Assembly: GCF_006345805.1 (NCBI RefSeq)
Contig: NC_043012.1
Span: 7,316,001 to 7,380,000 of the forward strand
Origin: Octopus sinensis
Lineage: Eukaryota
DNA length: 64,000 nt
Direction of reading: 5' to 3'
Both the position numbers and the translations under genes were made by a program. Under the pieces are notes generated by a model that searched no databases, was not told where the DNA came from, and worked only from the letters and a program-made list of their open reading frames with translations. Shown here piece by piece: positions 41,901-53,900 of the stretch (position 1 is its first letter; each line of letters starts with the position of its first letter).

Positions 41901-44900
41901 CTCGTGACGTTTACTTTACCAACATAACATCACTGAACACAGCAACGCTACCGAACGAGCGAACAAAAAAAAAAAGATTGACGCTTCGGGCCGCGAGGCC
42001 CTGACTAATATCGAACTCGTGACGTTTACTTTACCAACATAACATCACTGAACACAGCAACGCTACCGAACGAGCGAACAAAAAAAAAAAAAGTTTTACG
42101 GTTCGGGCCGCGAGGCCCTGACTGGTATCGAACTCGTGACGTTTACTTTACCAACATAACATCACAGAACACAGCAACGCTACCGAACGAGCGAACAAAA
42201 AAAATAGCTTTACGCTTCGGGCCGCGAGGCCCTCGCTGGTATCGATTTCGTGACGTTTACTTTACCAACATAACATCACTGAACACAGCAACGCTACCGA
42301 ACGAGCGAACAAAAAAAGAAAATAACATTGAGCTTCGGGCCGCGAGGCCCTGACTGATATCGAACTCGTGACGTTTACTTTACCAACAAAACATCACTGA
42401 ACACAGCAACGCTACAAAACGAGCGAACAAAAAAAAAAAAAAATTTTACGCTTCGGGCTGCGTGGCCCTGCCTGATATCGAACTCGTGACGTTTACTTTA
42501 CCACACAAACATCGTTAACACAGCAACGCTAACCGAACGAGCGAGCAAAAAAAATAATAATATTACGCTTCGGGCCGCGAGGCCCTGCCATATATCGAAC
42601 ACGCGACGTTTACTTTACCAACATAACATCACTGAACACAGCAACGCTACCGAACGAGCGAACAAAAAAAAAAAAATATCTTACGTTCGGGCCGCGAGGC
42701 CCTGCCTGATATCGAACTCGTGACGTTTACTTTACCAACAAAACATCACTGAACACAGCAACGCTACCGAGCGAGCGAACTAAAAAAAAATAAACTTTAC
42801 GCTTCGGGCCGCGAGGCCCTGACTGATATCGAACTCGTGACGTTTACTTTACAACATAACATCACTGAACACAGCAACGCTACCGAACGAGCGAGCAAAA
42901 AAAAAAATAATATTACGCTTCGGGCCGCGAGGCCCTGCCTATATCGAACACGCGACGTTTACTTTACCAACATAACATCACTGAACACAGCAACGCTACC
43001 GAACGAGCGAACAAAAAAAAAAAATATCTTACGTTCGGGCCGCGAGGCCCTGCCTGATATCGAACTCGTGACGTTTACTTTACCAACAAAACATCACTGA
43101 ACACAGCAACGCTACCGAGCGACGCGAACTAAAAAAAAATAAACTTTACGCTTCGGGCCGCGAGGCCCTGACTGATATCGAACTCGTGACGTTTACTTTA
43201 CCAACATAACATCACTGAACACAGCAACGCTACCGAACGAGCGAGCAAAAAAAAAAATAATACTACGCTTCGGGCCGCGAGGCCCTGACTGATATCGAAC
43301 ACGTGACGTTTACTTTACCAACATAACATCACTGAACACAGCAACGCTACCGAAAGAGCGAAACAAAAAAAAAAAATCTTACGCTTCGGGCCGCGATGCC
43401 CTCCCTAATATCGAACACGCGACGTTTACTTTACCAACATAACATCACTGAACACAGCAACGCTACCGAACGAGCGAAAAAAAAAAAAACAAACAAACTT
43501 ACGCTTCGGGCCGCGAGGCCCTGCCTGATATCGATCTCGTGACGTTTACTTTACCAACAAAAGATCACTGAACACAGCAACGCTTCCGAACGAGCGAACA
43601 AAAAAAAAAAAAATTTACGCTTCGGGCCGCGAGGCCCTGCCTGATATCGAACGCGTGGCGTTTACTTTACCAACATAACATCACTGAACACAGCAACGCT
43701 ACCGAACGAGCGAACAAAAAAAAACAAAAAAGTCTACGCTTCGGGCCGCGATGCCCTGCCTGATATCGGACTCGTGACGTTTACTTTACCAACATAACAT
43801 CACTGAACACAGCAACGCTACCGAACGAGCGAACAAAAAAATAAACTTTACGCTTCGGGCCGTGAGGCCCTGCCTGATATCAAACTCGTGACGTTTACTT
43901 TACCAACATAACATCACTGAACACAGCAACGCTACCGAACGAGCGAACAAAAAAAAAAAAATTTCTACGCATCGGGCAGCGAGGCCCTGCCTGGTATCGA
44001 ACTCGTGACGTTTACTTTACCAACAAAACATCACTGAACACAGCAACGCTACCGAACGAGCGAACAAAAAAAAAAAAAATCTTACGCTTCGGGCCGCGAG
44101 GCCCTGCCTGATATCGAACACGCGACGTTTACTTTACCAACATAACGTCACTGAACGCAGCAACGCTACCGAACAAGCGAACAAAAAAAAAAGCCTTACG
44201 CTTCGGGCCGCGAGGCCCTGTCTGATGTCAAACTCGTGACGTTTACTTTACCAACATAACATCACTGAACACAGCAACGCTACCAAACGAGCGAGCAAAA
44301 AAAATAAAAAATGCTACGCTTCGGGCCGCGAGGCCCTGCCTAATGTCGAACACGCGACGTTTACTTTACCAACATAACATCACTGAACACAGCAACGCTA
44401 CCGAACGAGCGAACAAAAAAAAAAAGATTGACGCTTCGGGCCGCGAGGCCCTGACTAATATCGAACTCGTGACGTTTACTTTACCAACATAACATCACTG
44501 AACACAGCAACGCTACCGAACGAGCGAACAAAAAAAAAAAGATTGACGCTTCGGGCCGCGAGGCCCTGACTAATATCGAACTCGTGACGTTTACTTTACC
44601 AACATAACATCACTGAACACAGCAACGCTACCGAACGAGCGAACAAAAAAAAAAACTTACGCTTCGGGCCGCGAGGCCCTCGCTGGTATCGATTTCGTGA
44701 CGTTTACTTTACCAACATAACATCACTGAACACAGCAACGCTACCGAACGAGCGAACAAAAAAAGAAAATAACATTGAGCTTCGGGCCGCGAGGCCCTGA
44801 CTGATATCGAACTCGTGACGTTTACTTTACCAACAAAACATCACTGAACACAGCAACGCTACCGAGCGAGCGAACTAAAAAAAAAAAAAATTTTACGCTT

Positions 44901-47642
44901 CGGGCCGCGAGGCCCTGACTGATATCGAACTCGTGACGTTTACTTTACCAACATAACATCACTGAACACAGCAACGCTACCGAACGAGCGAGCAAAAAAA
45001 AAAAAATAATATTACGCTTCGGGCCGCGAGGCCCTGACTGATATCGAACACGTGACGTTTACTTTACCAACATAACATCACTGAACACAGCAACGCTACC
45101 GAAAGAGCGAACAAAAAAAAAAATCTTACGCTTCGGCCGCGATGCCCTCCCTAATATCGAACACGCGACGTTTACTTTACCACACATAACATCACTGAAC
45201 ACAGCAACGCTACCGAACGAGCGAACAAAAAAAAAAAACAAATTAACTTACGCTTCGGGCCGCGAGGCCCTGCCTGATATCGATCTCGTGACGTTTACTT
45301 TACCAACAAAAGATCACTGAACACAGCAACGCTTCCGAACGAGCGAACAAAAAAAAAAAAAACTTACGCTTCGGGCCGCGAGGCCCTGACTGACATCGAA
45401 CTCGTGACGTTTACTTTACCAACATAACATCACTGAACACAGCAACGCTACCGAACGAGCGAGCAAAAAAAAAAAAAAATGCTACGCTGCGGGCCGCGAG
45501 GCCCTGCCAGGTATCGAACTTGTGACGTTTACTTTACCAACAAAACATCACTGAACACAGCAACGCTACCGAGCGAGCGAAGTAAAATAAAAAAAAATTC
45601 ACGCTTCGGGCCGCGAGGCCCTGCCTGATGTCGAACTCGTGGCGTTTACTTTACCAACATAACATCACTGAACACAGCAACGCTACCGAACGAGCGAACA
45701 AAAAAAAACAAAAAAGTCTACGCTTCGGGCCGCGAGGCCCTGCCTGATATCGGACTCGTGACGTTTACTTTACCAACATAACATCACTGAACACAGCAAC
45801 GCTACCGAACGAGCGAACAAAAAAAAACGAAAAATTGTACGCTTCGGGCCGCGAGGCCCTGCCTGATATCAAACTCGTGACGTTTACTTTACCAACATAA
45901 CATCACTGAACACAGCAACGCTACCGAAAGAGCGAACAAAAAAAAAAAGTGTTTACGCTTCGGGCCGCGAGGCCCTGCCTGATATCGAACACGCGACGTT
46001 TACTTTACCAACGTAACATCACTGAACACAGCAACGCTACCGAAAGAGCGAACAAAAAAAAAAAAATCTTACGCTTCGGGCCGCGAGGCCCTGCCTAATA
46101 TCGAACACGCGACGTTTACTTTACCAACATAACATCACTGAACACAGCAACGCTACCGAACGAGCGAACAAAAGGAAAAAAGAAATGTTTTACGCTTCGG
46201 GCCGCGAGGCCCAGCCTGATATCGAAATCGTGACGTTTACTTTACCAACAAAACATCACTGAACACAGCAACGCTACCGAACGAGCGAACAAAAAAAAAC
46301 AAAATATTGTACGCTTCGGGCCGCGAGGCCCTGCCTGATATCGAACTCGTGCCGTTTACTTTACCAACAAAACATCACTGAACACAGCAACGCTACCGAA
46401 CGAGCGAACAAAAAAAAAAAAAAAATCGTACGCTTCGGGCCGCGAGGCCCTGGCTGATATCGTACTCGTGACGTTTACTTTACCAACATAACATCACTGA
46501 ACACAGCAACGGTACCGAACGAGCGAACAAAAAAAAAAATAACATTAAGCTTCGGGCCGCGAGGCCCTGACTGATATCGAACTCGTGACGTTTAATTTAC
46601 CAACATAACATCACTGAACACAGCAACGGTACCGAACGAGCGAACAAAAAAAAAATAACATTAAGCTTCGGGCCGCGAGGCCCTGCCTAATATCGAACTC
46701 GTGACGTTTACTTTACCAACATAACATCACTGAACACAGCAACGCTACCGAACGAGCGAACAAAAAAAAAAAAAAACTTACGCTTCGGGCCGCGAGGCCC
46801 TGACTGATATCGAACTCGTGACGTTTACTTTACCAACATAACATCACTGAACAGCGCAACGCTACCGAACGAGCGAGCAAAAAAAATTCAAAATGTGAAG
46901 CTTCGGGCCGCGAGGCACTGCCTGATATCGAACTCGTGACGTTTACTTTACCAACAAAACATCACTGAACACAGCAACGCTACCGAGCGAGCCAACAAAA
47001 AAAATAAAAAATGCTACGCTTCGGGCCGCGAGGCCCTGCCTAATATCGAACACGCGACGTTTACTTTACCAACATAACATCACTGAACACAGCAACGCTA
47101 CCGAACGAGCGAACAAAAAAAAAAAGTTTTACGCTTCGGGCCGCGAGGCCCTGCCTGATATCGAACTCGTGACGTTTACTTTACCAACATAACATCACTG
47201 AACACAGCAACGCTACCGAACGAGCGAACAAAAAAAATAAAAAATGCTACGCTTCGGGCCGCGAGGCCCTGCCTGATATCGAACTCGTGACGTTTACTTT
47301 ACCAACAAAACATCACTGAACACAGCAACGCTACCGAACGAGCGAACAAAAAAAAAAAATTTACGTTTTGGGCCGCGAGGCCCTGCCTGATATCGAACTC
47401 GTGACGTTTACTTTACCAACAAAACATCACTGAACACAGCAACGCTACCGACCGAGCGAACTAAAAAAAAAAAAAATTTCACGCTTCGGGCCGCGAGGCC
47501 CTGCCTGATATCGAACTCGTGATGTTTACTTTACCAACATAACATCACTGAACACAGCAACGCTACCGAACGAACCAACAATAAAATAAATAAATAAAAA
47601 CGCAAAGCTACGGGCCGCGACGTCCTGGCTGATATCGAACTC
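14921..47642 (+). repeat. 32.7-kb tandem satellite array, ~115-123-bp monomer, ~270-280 copies (estimated from length)
   Basis: 99-bp conserved core ACGCTTCGGGCCGCGAGGCCCTGCCTGATATCGAACTCGTGACGTTTACTTTACCAACATAACATCACTGAACACAGCAACGCTACCGAACGAGCGAAC plus a variable ~15-25-nt A-rich linker. The first and last units are degenerate. Confidence 0.99.
28517..28614 (-). other. 98-bp inverted segment inside the satellite
   Basis: Reads as the reverse complement of monomer sequence, including the deletion junction gctaccga|gtccctgactggtatc seen in forward orientation at 26,455-26,480. Confidence 0.95.
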
Positions 47643-47852
47643 ACGTACGCGAGAGAAGGAGCGAACCACAGCGAAAAGCTAAAGTACGCGGGCAAGTGCG
47701 GACAATTTTTGGGAAAGCAAACCGTTGTAGGACGATATCGAATAGGGAACAGTATAGCAAGGCGTCCAGAAATTAACTCAGAATACGAATCTTGCCGGCT
47801 GGCTAATTTTTGCCTGTTGTTCACCCCCTAATATTGTCTGGGCCCCCTTGGG

Positions 47853-48338
47853 GTGCGACGGTCACCTAGAGCGTGACTATCCAGCCGGGGCCGATCCGTT
47901 TCCTTGCGGTCTGAGCACCTCCTACGACTTACGGGTCGGACCACGTCGCTGTTTTTACCCGATACGTGGACGATATCGCGCGTTTAGTTTCACGCACAGT
48001 ATGGCAGCGGAGACGCAGGCGACCGGCGTGCGACGGTCACCTAGAGCGTGACTATCCAGCGTGGGCCGATCCGTAAGCTTACGGGTCTGATTTTTTTTAA
48101 TTACGGGTCAGTCCACGTATGTGTATTTTCCCGGTGCATATCGTAAGGTGAAGGATAAATTTACCGAATGTTTACGTTTTGATATACGACAACGCGGCGT
48201 GAGGCGGTGATCGTATGCGAAACTTTGTATTATCTTCCCGATAGCCACCACGCTAGAGTTTTGTTGACATTGCTTCGTACCGTAACTTGAAGCATAAATT
48301 CACCGGATGTTTACGTTTTGCTATACGAGCACGCGGGC
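47853..48338. repeat. Two pairs of short direct repeats in the right flank of the array
   Basis: 33-bp perfect repeat at 47,853-47,885 and 48,028-48,060 (contains the hairpin GTCAC-CTAGAGC-GTGAC); ~45-bp imperfect repeat at 48,155 and 48,294. Confidence 0.85.
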
Positions 48339-48502
48339 CAAAGGCGTAGCTGGCGGCCCCACGGTGGCACTTTTTGTTTTCTTTACGATTAAAGAAACCA
48401 CGACGTCCCTGTAGTTTTGTTCGTAATGTAGCGGTCGTAATTTCGATATTAGCAATTTCGATTTTACGTGAAAAATAAAATCATTTAACTTGTTATTTTT
48501 CG

Positions 48503-48732
48503 ACTGAAATAAGCCCGTCGTATATAAATAAATATATATATATATATGTGTGTGTGTCTGTTTGTCCCTCCCCCCGAACATCGCTTGACAACCGACGCTG
48601 GAGGTGTTTACATCCCCGTCAATTAGCCGCTTGGCACGAACCTCTAGGCTTAATAAGAATAAGTATTGGGATCGATTTGCTCGACTAAAGGCGCTGCTCC
48701 AGCATGGCCACAGTCAAATGACTGAAACAAGG
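48503..48732 (+). mobile_element. 3' portion of SINE family A
   Basis: actgaaataagcccgtcgtatata...ccagcatggccacagtcaaatgactgaaacaag; closest to the copies at ~60,000-60,240 and ~63,490-63,690. Confidence 0.75.
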
Positions 48733-48894
48733 TAAATAAAAACATATATATATATGTTCTTTTATATATGTACTAGCAGCATAGCCCGGCGTTGCCCGGG
48801 TATGTAAGAGCCCCTAGTAGGCAACGACTAATCCCAATGTAGTCCTTTCCCTCCAGGGAACGAAGGTGCATGTGGACGTTGCAATGTCTTGTCT

Positions 48895-50205
48895 TCACTG
48901 GAATACTTCTGTATATACGATGTTCCTAGCTGTCCGTTTGGGCGAAAACATGAAAACATCATTGCGCCTCCCAACGCGTGAACAGCCCACGTAGAGTTGA
49001 CCGTGGGCGAAGCACTGTTCGCCCAAATGTAACCCAGCGACTTGTAGCGTTTGGCCTTGGGATTTATTGATGGACATTGCGAAGCAGAGTTTAACAGGAA
49101 ACTGAGAACGCCTGAAGTGGATTGGTAGGTCAGCGCCCGACGGTTGAAGGTGCATCCGTGGAATGAAGACGTCCTCTCCCTTCCCACAACCGGTAAGTAT
49201 TGTGGCCGTTATTAAATGTGGTGCCAAATGTTTCACAACCAAACGTGTGCCGTTGCACTGTTTAGGTGGAACCAAATTCCTGATGAGCATAATGGGCGCA
49301 CCGACTTTTAACTTCAGGATGTGTGGTGGCAGGCCTGGCGGTTCAAGTGAATTCAGGAATTCAACAGGATAATCGGCAAGCTGGGGGGGGTCTGCTGTCC
49401 TATCTATAGATTTGTAGACGTGGACATCACCAGGAATAGCTTCAAGTAGCTGGATATTGATGGAGTTGACGGTTGTATTTTTGGGTGCGAGAATAGCTCT
49501 GCCTGCCAGCCATTTTAGGTCGCGTAAATTGTTTTGTAGGTCGTGGAAGACAGCATCCCGGAGGCTAGCAGGGGTGTCGACAATGGTGCAAAGTGAGTCC
49601 AATTGAACGTAGCCATCCGCATCAGACAGCATCCTATTTTCACCGAGCGATAAGAGGTCCCTGGAGAATGCAGCGGATCCGCTGTCACCAATTAACTGCG
49701 CGCGCATGTTAGTTTGGAGGTGCAAGGGCCGCACATGTGCCCAAAGAGCTGACGACTTAAGGCACGCGCGCACGGCATCGGCACGGGTTCCTTTTGGAAT
49801 AACAGGTAGAGTCTGCCTGAAGTCTCCTGAAAGAAGTAAAGTTAATCCTCCCATGGGGGCCGTAGAGTCTCTGATGTCTTGCAGGGACCTGTCCAGTGCC
49901 TCAAGGTCGCTTTTGTGTGCCATAGTGCACTCGTCCCATACGATGAGTTTGCATCTGCGCAGAATGTCGGCCTGTTCTGAGTTCTTGGCGATGTTGCAGA
50001 TAGGTGACTCGGACTTTGCCAGATCGAGCGGGAGTCTGAAGGCAGAGTGGGCGGTTCTGCCACCCGGAAGCAACGTGGCCGCGATACCAGAGGAAGCTAC
50101 AGCCAGGGCAATGTCCGTGTTGCGTCTGACCTCTGCCAGAATTAGTTTAGTGACGAAGGTTTTTGCCAGTGCCGCCAGGTGCATCAAGGAAGAAAATCCC
50201 CCCAC
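48895..50205 (-). pseudogene. PIF1-like SF1B helicase segment of RepHel (longest open stretch)
   Basis: Walker A DAPGGTGK (split by a +1 A near 50,160), ASSGIAA, Walker B IVWDE, GDFRQTLPV, AMSINKSQGQT, HGQLYVGCSRV. Confidence 0.93.
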
Positions 50206-51234
50206 GTTGCTGTCTGACAGAGTCTACGATGGTGTTGTAGGCTATGCGCTGGCTTGGAAGCAGCCGTGGTTCATTATCTTGGACGTACTGGTGCAGTTCC
50301 TCAATGCAGTAGGAAGTTTCGCGTAACAATTCAGCAGACATAACATTGGCGTGTTCACGTGTGGGTGGTGGAAGGCCGTACTCTGTTAAAGCAGACCCAC
50401 CCATATCGATGACAGCGTCTTCGAGTTGAATGAGCGCAAAATTGTAAAAATTGTAAAAATTGTAAAAGTTGGTGAACGTGATCTCGGCGGAAGGGCAGTG
50501 TTGCTGAGCCGTACGTAAGAAGTCGTGCGACATGTCATCCCTGTATTTCATCCAGAGACTTAGTGGATCACTAAGCTGACATTTTTGAAGAAGGATTGCG
50601 AAAAGATGTCGTAGGGCCGAATGCGTTTGCAGTAAAGCACCCTCTGCCATCGTGGCGTCCCACTGGGAGTCATCCTCTAGAAGGCCAAGTCTCATACATG
50701 CTTCCCTGAAGGTGTCGCACAGAACCCCATTGACGGTACGTATATTGGCGAAACCTGTTGGACCAGTGACCTCATGTAGAAGGAGACGGAGGTAGAAGCA
50801 TTCTTGCTGGTTTGGCGGGATTTTGTAACTCGACCCAGCAGGAGTCAAACTTGACGCCTGGGAAGCTTTCGACGTTTTTTGCCGGATTTCCGTCGAACCC
50901 AGGTTGTTTTTAGACCACACGAAGTACTATGGGACCTGTGGGTACAAAAAGCGTTCGAGCGAAGTCATCACGTTGGCATAATTTGAAGAAACCATTCACG
51001 TTGTGTCTTTAGGGATGGTGGCTATCTGCACAGCACTTTGCTCTGTGAGTAAGTAAATCCACTGTCCATTTTCCAAGTGTACAGCAAGCTGCACCACAGC
51101 CGGGTGTCTTGATGGAGCGGGAAGCCGTAAATGCGCCCAAAACGCTTCGTTGCTGCTGAGGTACCGGCCAGCCAAGTAGTTTGACACTTCGTCGCGACTG
51201 GTGGTCCTCTGGATGCTGAACATGGCAGCATCGC

Positions 51235-51937
51235 TGCCTTTTGTGATATATTTGCAGACATTTTTATTGACCTGATGGAGCTGCAGAACTCAACGTTGAC
51301 GTGGGCTTTGAATATCTTCGACAGGAAGGACAGTAGGGGACAATGTAGCTGTTGTCCACTTGATGTCGCCCAACCGTAATCGTGCGGCCTCCATTAGCTG
51401 GACTCCTTCGTTTGTACAGCGGATACCCATCGCCGCCTGTTTGAGTCTCCAAAGTGAACCGTTTAGGGAATCCCTTTGAAGCAGGCTAATCCGTTTTTGT
51501 AGCATGGTGTGTTGGCGTAATTTGGTCCACACAGGGCCCGTGTACCATGGTAGTGCGGACAATTTCGTAGAGTCCGGGTCCTCATCGGGGTCAGGAATCT
51601 CGGCGGAAATGAATTTGTCAATGTCATTAGTCCTCGATTTTATGAGTGAGCCAAATTAAGATGTGAGCAGGTGGCAAGCCCCTCTTTTGCCACTCGACCG
51701 AAAACATGTGGCACCTGACATGCCCGAAAATCTGACCCTTAACTATCAAATCCTTCATTTTGCCCAATTCAGACGGAAAACCCTAGCAACGATGTCGTGT
51801 CGATGGGTGTGAGATTGACCCGGGAGGAGTTCGCGAGTGAGTTCGTCGCAGCTGGGATTGCACGTGTAGGTGATAAAGAGGTCCGGCCGGCCGTAAATGC
51901 GCACGTAGGTCAAGGCGTCTTGGGTCCTTTCACGCAT
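51235..51937 (-). pseudogene. HUH endonuclease (Rep) segment of RepHel
   Basis: Motif 1 GRPDLFITYTCNP. Motif 2 EWQKRGLPPAHIL (51,657-51,695; first His replaced by Pro). Motif 3 SIK(Y)VCKYITKGSD, with a 1-nt deletion in the first Tyr codon near 51,262. Confidence 0.87.
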
Positions 51938-53778
51938 ATATCGCGGTCCTCCCGTGAAGGTGGAGGGTAGAATGCATGGCTTGCCGATGTTGCGAGGGTC
52001 TTTTCTTGTTGCAAACCGTCACGGAGATGAATGTAGGAGTCGAGCGAAGTTTGGTCTGATTAAGTTTAATGTATAGCAGCCTTTCCGATTCCATTTTTGC
52101 GGCCATGTCGACGGCGAACTGGTTGAATAGCTGACGACAACGGGGCAATAAGTTGAACTCACCCTCCCTGACCATGAACCGGTATGAGTAGAACGCCCTG
52201 CAGGAAACCGTCTTTGATGCCGCAGTAGTTTGATTGGAGGGCTGCCGTAAAGGAATTCCGAAGTGGTAGCTGTCTTCCCCATAAGGGAAAAGCAATGGAT
52301 ACTGAAGCGCGTCATAAGATCTGTGAGTCTCGCTGATCCTGTGTAGGTTGTTACCACGGGAGGAGATGATTATATCACGGCTGTTGTGTTGCTCTCCGTG
52401 TATAATTGCGGCAATTTCGTTGCACGCAGGTGCGTTGAAACGGCGTTCGTGCTCCCCGTGAGGTCGTTTATCAGCATCAATGACAACGGTGAAGTTTGGA
52501 GATGGAGCACTGTCCAAGGCATATCTGAAGCTGCAGACGTAGCTGTTGATATCATGAAGCATGGTTTGGAGACGGAGAAGAATGTCTTTGCGAGGAACAT
52601 AGCTTGTACCCGGTATTATTCCAAGGCGTGCATCAACCTGGTGGTTGTAGTCGGCAATGAAGTATATTTGGAGGAAAGAAGACTGCTGAATCTCGTCTGG
52701 CAGAAGTGACCCAATAAGATGGTAGACCTGTCCCTGCACTTTGAAAGTAGGCATCCAGCCTTCTCTGGGAGGAATTTTGGCCCCGAAAGAGGTCATTTGG
52801 AATGAGCAGTTGTACTTTCGAATTATTTCAAGGAATTGTGACGAATCGGGGGTTAAACCCGCCGCGAGATCCTTCAGTGGTTGAGGTGGTTCCCGTAGGG
52901 GTGGCAGGTCCACTTTGCCACCAGAGCAGCACAAACCAGGTGGCTCTCCGGGCCATTTCTTGGCTTTGCAAAACTGGCATACAATTGTCATGACCCTATC
53001 TTGATGTCGTCACGCAAGGAGAAGTTATTGTGGCGTCGTAGTTGAATGCTAGTGACAACCAGGAAGCGGGGGCAGGGGTACGTACACCACGAATGATATC
53101 CCGACGTTTGTTGATACTCTCAAGTCGAGTGCACCGTGCCTCAGCAGATTCAGATGCACGTGCGACAGCGGTAGCAGTGGCATCCCTTGAAAGCCTTTCA
53201 GCTCTCGCCTCAGCACCCTCTGAAGCCCTAGCAGAAGCAGTGTTAATGGCATGTCTGGATGTCCGAATAGTCCGTTGGTGTGGAGTTTCGGCAGATCGAG
53301 CCCTGGCTGTGTTTGCGGCGTTAGCAGCTTGGCGAGCTCTCCTCTGTTGAGGTGTTTCGGCAGCTTTGGCCATGGCTTTGTTTGCGGCGTCAGCATCTTG
53401 GCGAGTTCTCCTCTGCTGTGAGGTTTCGACAGATCGTGTCCTGGCAGTGCTAGTGGCGTTAGCCGCATTCCGAATGGCCCTTTGTTCGGGGTTCTCGCGA
53501 GCTCTGCGGATGGAAGCACAGTAAGAAGCCCGCATGTTTTCGCTGGACTGTTGCTCTTTCGTCAACCTCGAGCGGAGGGAGATCTGTACGCTGCGACCCT
53601 TGCAAGTCGGGTAGAACGGTCGCTAGTAGTTTCAGATGCCTGAGCAGCGGCATAACGGAGAGCTGTTTGCGAGAGGCGCAAGGCGGTTTCCTCGTGGGTC
53701 TCGCGTGCCCTTCTAGCCCTAGCAGCCGATGCCTTGGCCGTCCGAGGGCTGAGAGGGGTCCTTCTCTTCTTGGGTGGC

Positions 53779-53900
53779 ATTTTGGTGGATAGCAATGTGT
53801 TTGGCAAAGGTGTAATAAAAAGGAACACGTGGGGTAAGTATTTTGGTGGATAGCAATGTGTTTGGTAAAGGTGTAATAAAAGGAGCTCGGGGGGGTAAGT
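53779..53900. repeat. 2 x 61-bp tandem repeat immediately upstream of the RepHel ATG
   Basis: attttggtggatagcaatgtgtttgg... occurs at 53,779 and 53,840. Confidence 0.9.

Larger units (their letters stand above)
48895..53780 (-). pseudogene. RepHel: Helitron RepHel, ~1,600 codons, at least ten frameshifts as assembled
   Basis: MPPKKRR start at 53,780; A/R-rich ETP repeats; Zn-finger-like CQFC..CC; Helitron N-domain (FKVQGQVYH, YDALQYPLLFP); Rep motifs; PIF1 helicase ending YTEVFQ. Confidence 0.92.

Noticed and set aside
14921-47642. CRISPR-like repeat-spacer array
   Set aside because: The variable parts are low-complexity A-rich linkers that recur, not unique spacers. The repeat is ~99 bp, no cas genes are present and the context is eukaryotic.
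14921-47642. 5S rRNA or tRNA gene array (unit ~120 bp)
   Set aside because: No resemblance to 5S rRNA on either strand, and no T-arm or cloverleaf forms around GTTCGA.
14921-47642. Hammerhead or retrozyme monomer (CTGATATCGAAC resembles a core)
   Set aside because: Lacks CUGANGA, stem II between the core halves and GAAA; the GC hairpin is on the wrong side.
12869-48772. Satellite as captured cargo of the adjacent Helitron
   Set aside because: The array lies outside an intact hairpin-CTAG 3' end. I found no minus-strand Helitron terminus to its left, and the 12-kb element is in the opposite orientation.
49163-53350. Plus-strand ORFs inside the Helitron
   Set aside because: Antisense shadows of the RepHel coding frames.
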